Positions 29,966 through 38,985 of a stretch of 64,000 bases of DNA are shown one piece after another. Each line of letters opens with the position of its first letter. Positions within the stretch are counted from its first letter, which is position 1. The notes beneath the pieces are model-generated. The model was not told where the DNA came from and did not search any database. It saw only the letters and a program-made list of their open reading frames with translations. Both the position numbers and the translations under genes were made by a program. Source of the DNA: a virus. The stretch lies in IMG/VR virus record IMGVR_UViG_3300020182_002648, positions 32,001 through 96,000 of that record. One strand, given 5' to 3'.

Positions 29966-30418
29966 TCAGTCTTTTCGGATGTTGTGCCCGATCAGATCTT
30001 CTGACTCTACCATGGCTTCTGCTGCTGCCCTGTTTATGGTGTCTTTGCGACTGGTCCTGTTGGCCATCCAGGCACATACCAGAATAGATAAGAATACAGA
30101 TCCAGTGATAACACCAAAGGTGAGTAACACGTCTGGACCATTGGAGGTTATGATTGCCTGTTCTGTGGCGTCTAGCATGCCATTGTTGTTCAGGTCTATC
30201 TGATTTAAGTCTATCTGATCTACTGGTATTTCAGAACCTTTGCCGGCTTGGCTATAAGATGTAGAGAAATTTTGCTGCTTCGCAGGACCGTCACCTGTTC
30301 TTAACTTGGCGCATCCTCCAAAGGCTCCTAACAACAACATCAACGCTCCCCATATCAGAGTTATGGTGCACAACTCTAGTGCCAGGTCAACTAATGTTCG
30401 GGTGTTATTCTTCTTCAT
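29966..30418 (-). CDS. Putative lipoprotein/membrane protein with EF-hand-like loop
   Basis: FGG-C lipobox-like, DLNNNGMLD, C-terminal TM. Confidence 0.55.
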   Translation of the reverse strand: MKKNNTRTLVDLALELCTITLIWGALMLLLGAFGGCAKLRTGDGPAKQQNFSTSYSQAGKGSEIPVDQIDLNQIDLNNNGMLDATEQAIITSNGPDVLLTFGVITGSVFLSILVCAWMANRTSRKDTINRAAAEAMVESEDLIGHNIRKD

Positions 30419-30422
30419 ACTA

Positions 30423-30524
30423 TTATTTACAATTGGTCAACACATAAATGATACCTGCTGTTAATATAATGTATATAATTAAATCTTTTATTAGTCCTAA
30501 ACCTTCTGTTATTTTGTCGCGCAT
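30423..30524 (-). CDS. 33-aa single-TM peptide
   Basis: MRDKITEGLGLIKDLIIYIILTAGIIYVLTNCK*, TAAGTA late box upstream. Confidence 0.5.
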   Translation of the reverse strand: MRDKITEGLGLIKDLIIYIILTAGIIYVLTNCK

Positions 30525-30549
30525 GTTAATGTTACTTATATCTTCTCAG

Positions 30550-30745
30550 TCACCAACCCGGGTGCACACAGGAAAGCGTTTCTGATTCCGCGAAAAAAAT
30601 TTGCGCAAAAAATAGGAGCATGCGTATCTGCAGGTACCTTATATCGCGCTCTATATAGGTGTGTCTCGCACGCCCATGTTCTCTATACACCGCCCGCTCT
30701 CTGAGCCCCGGTCGGCTTTCAGAAACCCACTTGCGTTTCAGAAAC
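30550..30745. other. GC-rich non-coding island with dense palindromes and TCAGAAAC repeats
   Basis: Boundary between late block and early cassette array; see findings. Confidence 0.6.
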
Positions 30746-30800
30746 AAAAAGGCGAGCCGCTAACAACAACGACCCGCCTGGATTATATTATGGTATAAAG
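30746..30800 (-). terminator. 3'-UTR terminator hairpin with antisense seed and loop (copy 1)
   Basis: CCATAATATAATCC-AGGCGGGTCG-TTGTTGTTAG-CGGCTCGCCT-TTTT. Confidence 0.85.
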
Positions 30801-30801
30801 T

Positions 30802-31164
30802 TTATCCTATCTCTACTAGAGTGTCTACAGTCTGTTCTTCTGCTATCACATCGTTCAATGTGTCACGTTCAGTCTTTAATAGTCTGATCTGATTGTATAG
30901 ACTATCTATCTTGTTCTTGATCTGTTCTACTCTCTTACCTTTATTCTTTTGTGCTAAGCCTTCTCTACTTACATATGTATCACAGAACTTATCGAAGTTG
31001 TTATCATACTTATTTGTTATCATATTGGCTAGATAGGTATGATGAAATTGTTTAGGTTGTTTAGTTACTGTGCAAATGGCTCGGTAGTGTTTCAGTTCGA
31101 TATCGGCCATTGTACCTTCGTCAGTGAGGAATGAATAAATTGTGGTGCTTGAGTTGTTGTCCAT
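30802..31164 (-). CDS. Hypothetical early protein
   Basis: 120 aa, AACAAC-type leader. Confidence 0.7.
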   Translation of the reverse strand: MDNNSSTTIYSFLTDEGTMADIELKHYRAICTVTKQPKQFHHTYLANMITNKYDNNFDKFCDTYVSREGLAQKNKGKRVEQIKNKIDSLYNQIRLLKTERDTLNDVIAEEQTVDTLVEIG

Positions 31165-31227
31165 AATAGTGATGTTGTGTGTGTTGTTAATTTCCGAATA
31201 AGGTGGGTAAAAAAGTGAGGGTCAACT

Positions 31228-33866
31228 TTACTTTTGAGTTGTGATAGTCACTGGACCTTTTGGAGCCAATCCGATTGTGTATGGGCTATGCTGAACGTTC
31301 CTGTCTAAATTGCTCTCTAGACTTTTCATGAATACTACTGCTGTGTCCATGTCTTGAGCGTTGATAAGAAGTTTTCCGTTTTTTAATATTTGATACATAA
31401 TATAGTGTTGTTGTCGATTGTTGTTATATTCTAATTATAGTCTAGTTTGTTTGATCAGGCAACTAATGTCTTATGCTCTCCGGAAGCTAATTCTTTGATC
31501 ATTCCTTCACCAACGAATCCGTGAGTGTGTCTGATTATGTCTTTATGAATTCTCATCTCACCTAACAATCCTGCTTGTTTGATCTCGCTGGTCACATCAC
31601 ATTCACCTCGTGCGTTGTAGCTTTCTTCCAAGCTTCTATCCAGTTTCAATATCTGCTGAGCTGAATTGGTCACAAGCTTTTGACTATGTTTGAGAAGATC
31701 TTTGTAATGCTTTTCCCACATTTCGCTTTGATTCTGCCACATGTTGGCGTGATGAGAATGAATGTCTAGAGTGTTGTTAGGTTCCATAATATGTGTTGTT
31801 AATTGTTGTTATATTCTAATTATAAGCTATTCACGTCGATTGCGCAACTAGTTTCTTTTCAACTTGTAAATCCATCAAGCTAGCAACATACTCATGAGCA
31901 TTCATCAAGCATTCTGCTGGTTCATCTTCGTCATGTAGTTCGTTGTCGAATCCTGTTCTGCTGATCACCACTCTTTCTCCTTTTTCTAGTAAAGATTGAA
32001 TGTATTCTAATGTTAATGCTATTTTAAATTCGGATGGTTTGGTCATATTAATTTGTTGTTAGTTCTAATTTGCGAAGATCTCTTCTCAAGAAGAAAACTC
32101 GATCCATATTCTTGTCTGATGGCCAGAAATGTAATGCTCTTTCTGCCTGCCATAATCGATGTCTGATTGCTGTTATTTTGTTCATACCTTAATTATAGTC
32201 TTTTTCTTTTGATTGCGCAACTTGTTTTTGTTCGTTATGTTTGATCATCGTCAACACTTCTCTGAACAATCCCATCATTTCCTCATGTCTCTTATCGCGC
32301 GCCCTATTCCTTTCAAGTGCCACCATATCAACTTGTACTGGCTCAACTTGATTCTGCTGCGGATGCACTTGAGATGCATTTGTATTTGATCTGTTGTAGC
32401 CATTATACAAGCCCCAGAGAAAAGCTGCGATCGCTAGACCGATATAGAATATATGTTTTTTCATTGATCAATCTATTTGTTGTTAGGATTGTCGAAAAGA
32501 TCAGTTTTGCTGGTCAGGAGATCCCAAATGAGAACAATTGGAATTAACATTATTGGTAAGAGTAATAGTATATCGTAGTTCATAATATGATTATATGATG
32601 TTTTGTCAGAATGCGCAACTTACTTTAAAATGTCTTCAATTTCAGTCATCTTACGAATGATATGATCACAAGCGATTTCGTCATATCCAGTTTTAGGTTG
32701 CCCTTTGTTGGTTGTGACTGTCTCTTCTAAACATTCCAGAGCAGCTGACACTTTGAGCATCATTGCTTTCACATTGTCATATTTGTCTTCTGCCTCACAG
32801 AATTTAGTGTAAAAAGGAGAAGGTTCAATTGGTGTGTCCATTGGCATAATATAATGTTGTTAATTGTTGTTAAAATCTAATTATAAGTGAAACTAAGCTG
32901 AAGCGCAACTTTTATCCGAAGTTTCTAAATTCAAACCGGTCCTGGCGCTCAGCAGTGTCTGCCGGGCAAAGTCCTAGATCCTCTGCAATCTCTTTGATGT
33001 CTAGAAATCGATCCATCATTTCCAGACCGTATGTTCCTAAATTTTCGTGAATGTGTATTTCCAATTGTTCCCAGATGTTTTCGTCCATAATATGTGTTGT
33101 TAATATTGTTGTTATGATCTAATTATAAGTGATACTCCGGTAAAGGGCAACTAATCGCTGTCCTTTATAAAATCTGAATATTTGTAATGTTCAACACCAC
33201 TCACGAGATTTTCGTGCACAATATCAAATATTTCAGATTCAGTATAGCCTGAAAGGTCTTGTTCCAATTTAAGTTCGCGAATTAGTTGTTGTACTAATAA
33301 TTTTAAGTAATCCATAATATAATGTTGTTAATTGTTGTTATAATATAATTATAAGCTATTTTGAAGGTATCGGCAACTTAATCTTCATCTCGTATCTCGA
33401 TATCACGATCCACGACAATTCTGTTGCCTGTTTCGTCGTCATAACACAAGCTCCAGCAGCCCTCTCCAGTTAGCTCTATCAAGTAATAATTTTTTGTATT
33501 GTCCATAATATAATGTTGTTAATTGTTGTTATAATATAATTATAAGCTATTCTGATGAAATGAGCAACTTAATCTTCATCATATTTCATATCCACATCCA
33601 ATACAGCACAAATCTGCCATATCATCATCTCTTTCTCTTGATCATCATTCCCATCAGTTGATGTGATGATATCGGCAATCTCTTTCAATTTATTTTCCAT
33701 CTGAATTGTCGTCCTTTATGAAATCTGAATAGCTGTAATGCTCTATCATACTCTCAACATTTTCCATAACACATTCAAATACATCTTCATCAGACATATC
33801 TGAACAGTTGAACTGTTCTTTTTGGAACTCAATAGCTCCCTTAATAAATAATTTTAAATGATCCAT
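31228..33866 (-). other. Array of about 12 small early genes, most with their own promoter and leader (31228-31398, 31455-31787, 31831-32046, 32048-32185, 32189-32464, 32473-32583, 32620-32847, 32912-33088, 33151-33315, 33378-33506, 33569-33700, 33690-33866)
   Basis: Short ORFs translated by hand; ATGs sit at the end of the conserved leader or just after a -10 box, and several stops overlap the next AGTTGC -35 box. Confidence 0.75.
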
Positions 33867-33908
33867 AATATAATGTTGTTAATTGTTGTTATAATATAAT
33901 TATAAGCT
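33311..33908 (-). repeat. Three identical 47-bp -10/leader/start units (33311, 33502, 33862)
   Basis: tccataatataatgttgttaattgttgttataatataattataagct exact in three places; near-identical copies at about 31784, 32845 and 33084. Confidence 0.95.
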
Positions 33909-34216
33909 CTTTATTATGATCAGGCAACTATTATCCAGGCTTGTTATATATATCTCGGAACAGTCCTCCCCATATCCGTCATATCATGCTGAAAATAAGA
34001 CTATCCTTATACAGTTACTTTTGAGGCTGTAATAGGAATAGCTATTCCATTTGCGTTTCATTATTGTTCATACCTAATTATAAGATATTCTCACAAAATG
34101 AGCAACTTTCTAGATAGGAGGAAGTTTCTACCTATTCAGAAAACAGGAGGAATCTGTAAACCCTTAATATTCAACAACCAAATCCGTTTTCTTCCTAGAT
34201 GTTGCAATTTTCCTAT

Positions 34217-34729
34217 TCATATCATATCCTTCCAATTGGTCACATCAACAAAAGGCGCGATAATATCAGCCTCCAATATGCTAATCTTCTGATACACACC
34301 ATTCTCCAGGTGCCCGGCCCCGCAAACCAACGTAGAACACCCGATTCCATTGTTACAATTAGTCACATCAACAAAAGGCGCGATAATATCAGCCTCCAAT
34401 ATGCTAATCTTCTGATACACACCATTCTCCAGGTGCCCGGCCCCGCAAACCAACGTAGAACACCCGATTCCATTGTTAACCAGCTCGTCATCGTGCATGT
34501 CTATCATGTGCATGATCACTCTGTTGTGGTCCTTAGTAGGTATGCTCGTGGTGCACAGGCGGTCTCTGAGACACAGATACAATGGAAAGCCAACGTATTC
34601 CCCTACTGCTAGGTTCTTGGCATCCCAACTCCAGCTATCACCAGGGGTACCCGGACTAGCGCCTTCTGTATCTTTGTAGTGGTGCAATGGGTCTATGTGT
34701 GGATCGTCGGTGTTATCATCGTCTATCAT
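34217..34729 (-). CDS. Hypothetical protein with in-frame 41-aa duplication
   Basis: 123-bp tandem duplication 34233-34355/34356-34478. Confidence 0.65.
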   Translation of the reverse strand: MIDDDNTDDPHIDPLHHYKDTEGASPGTPGDSWSWDAKNLAVGEYVGFPLYLCLRDRLCTTSIPTKDHNRVIMHMIDMHDDELVNNGIGCSTLVCGAGHLENGVYQKISILEADIIAPFVDVTNCNNGIGCSTLVCGAGHLENGVYQKISILEADIIAPFVDVTNWKDMI

Positions 34730-34996
34730 ATAATTATATAGGAGATCTCTAGAGAGGGCAACAAATTCGCGACAAATTCTGTTCAGGTCAGTTACCGTCC
34801 CCGTTATACTATCAGAGCCCTGTATACCCCGTATATCCTTTGTTCCAATTGTCTCCCAATACCTATCTATACCTTCTTACCTGGAACCCTTTCACTTTTG
34901 TTTAAAATACATATGTTTTTGTTCAAATACTATATGTTTTCGTTCGATCGTTCTACGCTATGATAACCTTTGTATAGTATACCCCTATATATAATT

Positions 34997-35105
34997 AACC
35001 GTTTATTATTTCGACTCGGGTCTGTGTCGCTTGTTACTTGTTGTATGATGTGTACGTATAGTCTACACAAGATATATTTGAACCGCTTATTATTTCGAGT
35101 CGGGT
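34997..35105. repeat. 25-bp direct repeat in non-coding DNA
   Basis: aaccgtttattatttcgactcgggt (34997-35021) vs aaccgcttattatttcgagtcgggt (35081-35105). Confidence 0.8.
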
Positions 35106-35684
35106 TTAACCAAATGGGTAACCTTGTTCAAGTAATTCTTGGTATTGTTCATCAGAGTAATAGTCCCAATCCCATCGTGTGCATATCTCTCTCATCACTT
35201 CTAAAAAGTAAAACACGTTTGGATGATTGCCGTCAGGATTGCCCATGCTTTTCACCAGGCCTGGATGTTTGTTTATTATGTCAGTTGCTCTGATGTCTGT
35301 ATTGTTCTTGTGTTCACGGGTCAACATGCCTTCAAATGTATCCGCACGTTCATCATCTTTGAGCCTGAAGCTGGTGATACTCAATTGTCGTTGTGTTGCA
35401 TTTTGTTGGTTGGTCTCACGCAACCCGGCTTGTGTGAATTGTTTATCACCGGCACGTTTCGGGGTCATCGCTTGATACAACACGAAATCGCTATCGATCA
35501 ACCGTCGCTTCTGTTCATGCGTGTCTGAGATCACATGATCAACTTGATCACCAAACTGCGGGCTCCTGGGCCATTCATGGACTTGGAAAACATTACAGAA
35601 CTTCGCATCTGCTTCGGGTTTCAATATTCTGATATACTTGCACAGAGCCATAATCTGACAGTTTCCGAGTGTTGTTATTACCAT
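35106..35684 (-). CDS. WcbI-like polysaccharide biosynthesis protein
   Basis: N-terminal GNCQ and late NHP motif. Confidence 0.45.
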   Translation of the reverse strand: MVITTLGNCQIMALCKYIRILKPEADAKFCNVFQVHEWPRSPQFGDQVDHVISDTHEQKRRLIDSDFVLYQAMTPKRAGDKQFTQAGLRETNQQNATQRQLSITSFRLKDDERADTFEGMLTREHKNNTDIRATDIINKHPGLVKSMGNPDGNHPNVFYFLEVMREICTRWDWDYYSDEQYQELLEQGYPFG

Positions 35685-35704
35685 ACGATATTACTTATCG
35701 TTCT

Positions 35705-36124
35705 CTACTTGCCGTTCTCTATTTGCTGTATGATCTTTCTCAACCCACTGCTGCTATAACGATGGCTTCTACTATTGTAAGCTATTTCTATATTATGTTG
35801 GGCGCAGAGTTCTTTGCCGCTGAAGTCTACATCTCTATAATCATCTCCAATCACTCGAACATCAGGCTTGTATGTTAATAAGATGTCAAATAGATCGCTT
35901 TCTAAATTATAAGGTACAATCTCGTCTACATACTTACATCCAGCTAATTGGATATAACGTTCCACGATTGATTGTACAGGCGCATTTTTCTCTGGTCTTT
36001 CCACTTGAGGATCCACATGCAAGCCGCATATCAACCAATCGCAACATTGTTTAGCATCTTTGAGCATTGCAACGTGACCTGCATGTAACAGATCAAATGT
36101 GCTGAATGTGACAGCTGTTTTCAA
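35705..36124 (-). CDS. tagD: Glycerol-3-phosphate cytidylyltransferase-like
   Basis: FDLLHAGH (HxGH), CKYVDEIVPY, GDDY, YSSS. Confidence 0.85.
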   Translation of the reverse strand: MKTAVTFSTFDLLHAGHVAMLKDAKQCCDWLICGLHVDPQVERPEKNAPVQSIVERYIQLAGCKYVDEIVPYNLESDLFDILLTYKPDVRVIGDDYRDVDFSGKELCAQHNIEIAYNSRSHRYSSSGLRKIIQQIENGK

Positions 36125-36427
36125 TCAGAAAGGACTGCCTAAATCACCGGCAAAGTATTTGTGTCTGTCATCCTCGCCCATGTCAACAAGTGCTTCAAGC
36201 ACATGAATGTGAGCGTTCAGTTGTTTGTCTGAAAAGCCTTCATATTTGATAGCAATATCGTCCAGGTCTCTTTGCTGGTCCATCATGTTACCAATCTTGA
36301 TGTCACGATCGTCAAGTTCGTCATCAAAGTCATGTTCTGGTGGATTGTGTTCATCACCTGTCATACGTGCCATGCTGCTGTCTTCGTAACTTTCCCAGAT
36401 CAATTGATATTCGTTCTTCTTTGCCAT
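36125..36427 (-). CDS. Acidic late protein, candidate internal virion protein
   Basis: TAAGTA box 36433-36438; N-terminal QLIWESY. Confidence 0.55.
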   Translation of the reverse strand: MAKKNEYQLIWESYEDSSMARMTGDEHNPPEHDFDDELDDRDIKIGNMMDQQRDLDDIAIKYEGFSDKQLNAHIHVLEALVDMGEDDRHKYFAGDLGSPF

Positions 36428-36458
36428 ACCTTTACTTATTCAGACAGTATGTATTTCT

Positions 36459-37430
36459 CTATGCCCAACTTGATGTATCAACTCGTAAATGTTCAGCAAG
36501 GTCTTTGATTTGACTCTCTCGGTTGAAGTATTCGTAACATCTGGTCATCAATCTAGATAGATCACTTGGCATGAGTCTCATGTTTCTGATGTCATCGTAC
36601 ATTTCGAACACGCTAGCGTTCCAGTTCCAGTCTTCTAATAATTTGTTAATCTTTGTATCGCTCATAATTGTGTTTGTTTGTTAGTTTACTTGAAAAGGGC
36701 TCTTGTTATATATCTCTTTGAATTTCAGCTTTTTAATGTCTGTTCTGTGATCTTGTAACACTTTGTCAAATTCAACTTGTGCTTGTTCTAAATCACGTAA
36801 TGCTTCTTTCACCACCCATCTCACATCATCAAGAGGAGTTTCAGGAGTGTGTTTGTCCAGAAAAGCCAATCGACCTGTAGCGCTACTGATCGCTTTGAGC
36901 ACGTTGATGCTAGGGTAATTGCTAGGTTTGTCGTTATCTTTGTCGTTCATAATATAATTATAGTGTGTATTGTCAGAATGCGCAACTTGAGTTGAGCGTC
37001 AATCCCATTTGTATCCAATGTCCAAGGTTCTGCCGAAATGACTCAGTGAGCTCAATGCATGTTTGACATGAAATTTCAAGTCCATGTCTCGAGAGTCCAG
37101 TGCAAACTCTTGCAGGTCTCGCAAGTAAGCGTAACTGTTGTAGTATGCTTCACGCACCTTGCCGCTTGTGAGTTGTTCTTGTGCTCGTTGAGCTGTTGCT
37201 GCCTCAACATCCTCCGCAGTCAAGTCATCATCTAAAACTGTTCCATCATTATCTGTATTGTTTGTCATAATTGTATCCTATTTTTTCATTTTCTTCTCTG
37301 CGAGAGTCTTTGCCTTTTCTAGTCCAAATTGACCAACCATTCGTTTGAATGCTTCCCAATTCAATCTAGGTTGAGGCAAACTCTTCCAGGTTTTCATTCT
37401 CAATTCGGCTTTGTCTTTTGCGTTATCCAT
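36459..37430 (-). CDS. Four small hypothetical early genes
   Basis: ORFs 36459-36665, 36681-36950, 36999-37268 and a 50-aa ORF starting near 37430; AGTTGC/TATAAT promoters. Confidence 0.6.
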
Positions 37431-37467
37431 AAGTTAATTATAACATATATTCATCAGATCGGCAACT

Positions 37468-37525
37468 AAAAAGCCCGCCTGCTAACAACAACAGACGGGC
37501 TTGGATCATATTATGGATACGAAAT
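37468..37525 (-). terminator. 3'-UTR terminator hairpin with antisense seed and loop (copy 2)
   Basis: ATCCATAATATGATCC-AAGCCCGTCTG-TTGTTGTTAG-CAGGCGGGCTT-TTT. Confidence 0.85.
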
Positions 37526-37819
37526 TTATGCGTGAGTCAATGAATTACTATCAATTCCTAAAATCCTATCATCAGCGAATTGGACATAGTATCTAGTGAA
37601 CATACGTGCGTTGACACCTCGTCCTCTAATTGTACCATCAGCTGCACAACTGACTGCGCGTACTTTGGCCACCCATCCTGTTCTCAAATGAACTGGTCCG
37701 CTAGCCCAATGAGCTGGATCAGTCACTTTGACCATTGCTCCTGGTTTGAACTTGCACCTCTTGTTGGTCCAATTTGTTTTGATGTTTGCCTTGATGTCTC
37801 TTAAGTTTGTTACTTTCAT
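37526..37819 (-). CDS. Basic KOW/SH3-like protein (97 aa)
   Basis: FKPGAMVKVTD...GWVAKV...YYVQF pattern; start at 37819 after AAC-rich leader. Confidence 0.5.
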   Translation of the reverse strand: MKVTNLRDIKANIKTNWTNKRCKFKPGAMVKVTDPAHWASGPVHLRTGWVAKVRAVSCAADGTIRGRGVNARMFTRYYVQFADDRILGIDSNSLTHA

Positions 37820-37883
37820 AAATGTTTGTTTGTTAATTGATGTTATGTTTTGATTATAAGTTATTTGATAATGAACGGCAACT

Positions 37884-38729
37884 TTAGAACCATTTACCTT
37901 TCTTGTTTTTCTTCTTGAAGGGGTTTCCAATATCTTTGACTGGATTCACAATAACTTCTTTGATTGGATTCACAATAACTTCTTTGACTGGTTCCACTAT
38001 TTTATCTTGAACAGGTGCAACAATGTTGTCATTGACAAGATCCTTGGTCACGTCAATTGCTTCTTCAACTGGCTCAACAGTAGCATCGTAAACTGGATCA
38101 ACGTCAACTGTGACAGTACCTTCAGTCTTCACTCCTACAATCAAAGCGAGATTCACTGAACCTCCAATAGTGATCGGTTTACTATCATCATTCCACTCCG
38201 GTACTTGATAACCTCCTCCAATTGTACCACCAGCTTGAGCACCTACACTAACGCTTGTGTTGTTAGTCACTGCGACTCCTAAACTTTTGTTAGTATAATA
38301 CGTCCTGGTACCTGCTCCTGCTTTAGCTCCAGCAATTGCTCCACCCTCAAACCAACAACCATCCATGCCTACATTAGCTTGTGCTCCTGCCCATGCATAC
38401 AGTTCGGCATAAGCATATATTTCAGCACCAGCAGCATGATCACCATTCTCGTATTCTAATTTAGCGGCCACTTCTGCGCGTAATTTGGCTTCTGCGACTG
38501 CCTCAATATATAAATTGTCTTCTCTGTATTCAACACCATATTTGGCTGATGCACTAGCTTCTGCATTTAACAATGCTTGACCAGTCAGCACCCCACCGTC
38601 AGGATCAGTCCATTGACCTTGAGCGTTGACATATATACCAGCGCCTGCTCTGTACTCCCCGTTAAGGCTTGTGTCTGTATTGTCAGCATTGGCTCCCGCT
38701 GACGCGTCTGTATTTACATTTGTACTCAT
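37884..38729 (-). CDS. Gly/Ala-rich amphipathic beta protein, late
   Basis: Alternating A/G-x strands; C-terminal 8-aa repeats (VIVNP.KE); TAAGTA at 38735. Confidence 0.6.
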   Translation of the reverse strand: MSTNVNTDASAGANADNTDTSLNGEYRAGAGIYVNAQGQWTDPDGGVLTGQALLNAEASASAKYGVEYREDNLYIEAVAEAKLRAEVAAKLEYENGDHAAGAEIYAYAELYAWAGAQANVGMDGCWFEGGAIAGAKAGAGTRTYYTNKSLGVAVTNNTSVSVGAQAGGTIGGGYQVPEWNDDSKPITIGGSVNLALIVGVKTEGTVTVDVDPVYDATVEPVEEAIDVTKDLVNDNIVAPVQDKIVEPVKEVIVNPIKEVIVNPVKDIGNPFKKKNKKGKWF

Positions 38730-38985
38730 GTTATTACTTATTGAGTATATTTGTTAATCAATCTTATGATAGTATATACAATCAATCCATATACTGTGGC
38801 TCCAAGAAGCTCTGGTAAGTATGTATATATATGTTCTACGAACTGTATGACTGCTTGAGCGTCACTCTCTGTAATTGTTGGTTGGTTGTTCATATAGTTA
38901 TGTTCGACTTTGATACCATTCCCATAATATGATCAATACCAAGAATGTACACATACCATATGCAAACACTTCAATCATCATGTGA

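Noticed and set aside
30326-30340. Third GTTGTTGTTAG antisense loop
   Set aside because: Lies in a hydrophobic coding stretch (MLLLG) with no stem or seed
30556-30660. Cloning-vector polylinker contamination
   Set aside because: Site order and spacing do not match the pUC-type MCS and the flanks are continuous phage-like sequence; a UniVec screen would confirm
32845-33908. CRISPR-like array of 47-bp repeats
   Set aside because: Intervening segments are long and uneven (about 140-310 bp) and encode ORFs; the repeat is a -10 box plus leader plus ATG; no cas genes
34110-34155. Two AGGAGGAA perfect SD-like motifs
   Set aside because: No suitably spaced start codon with a credible ORF follows either
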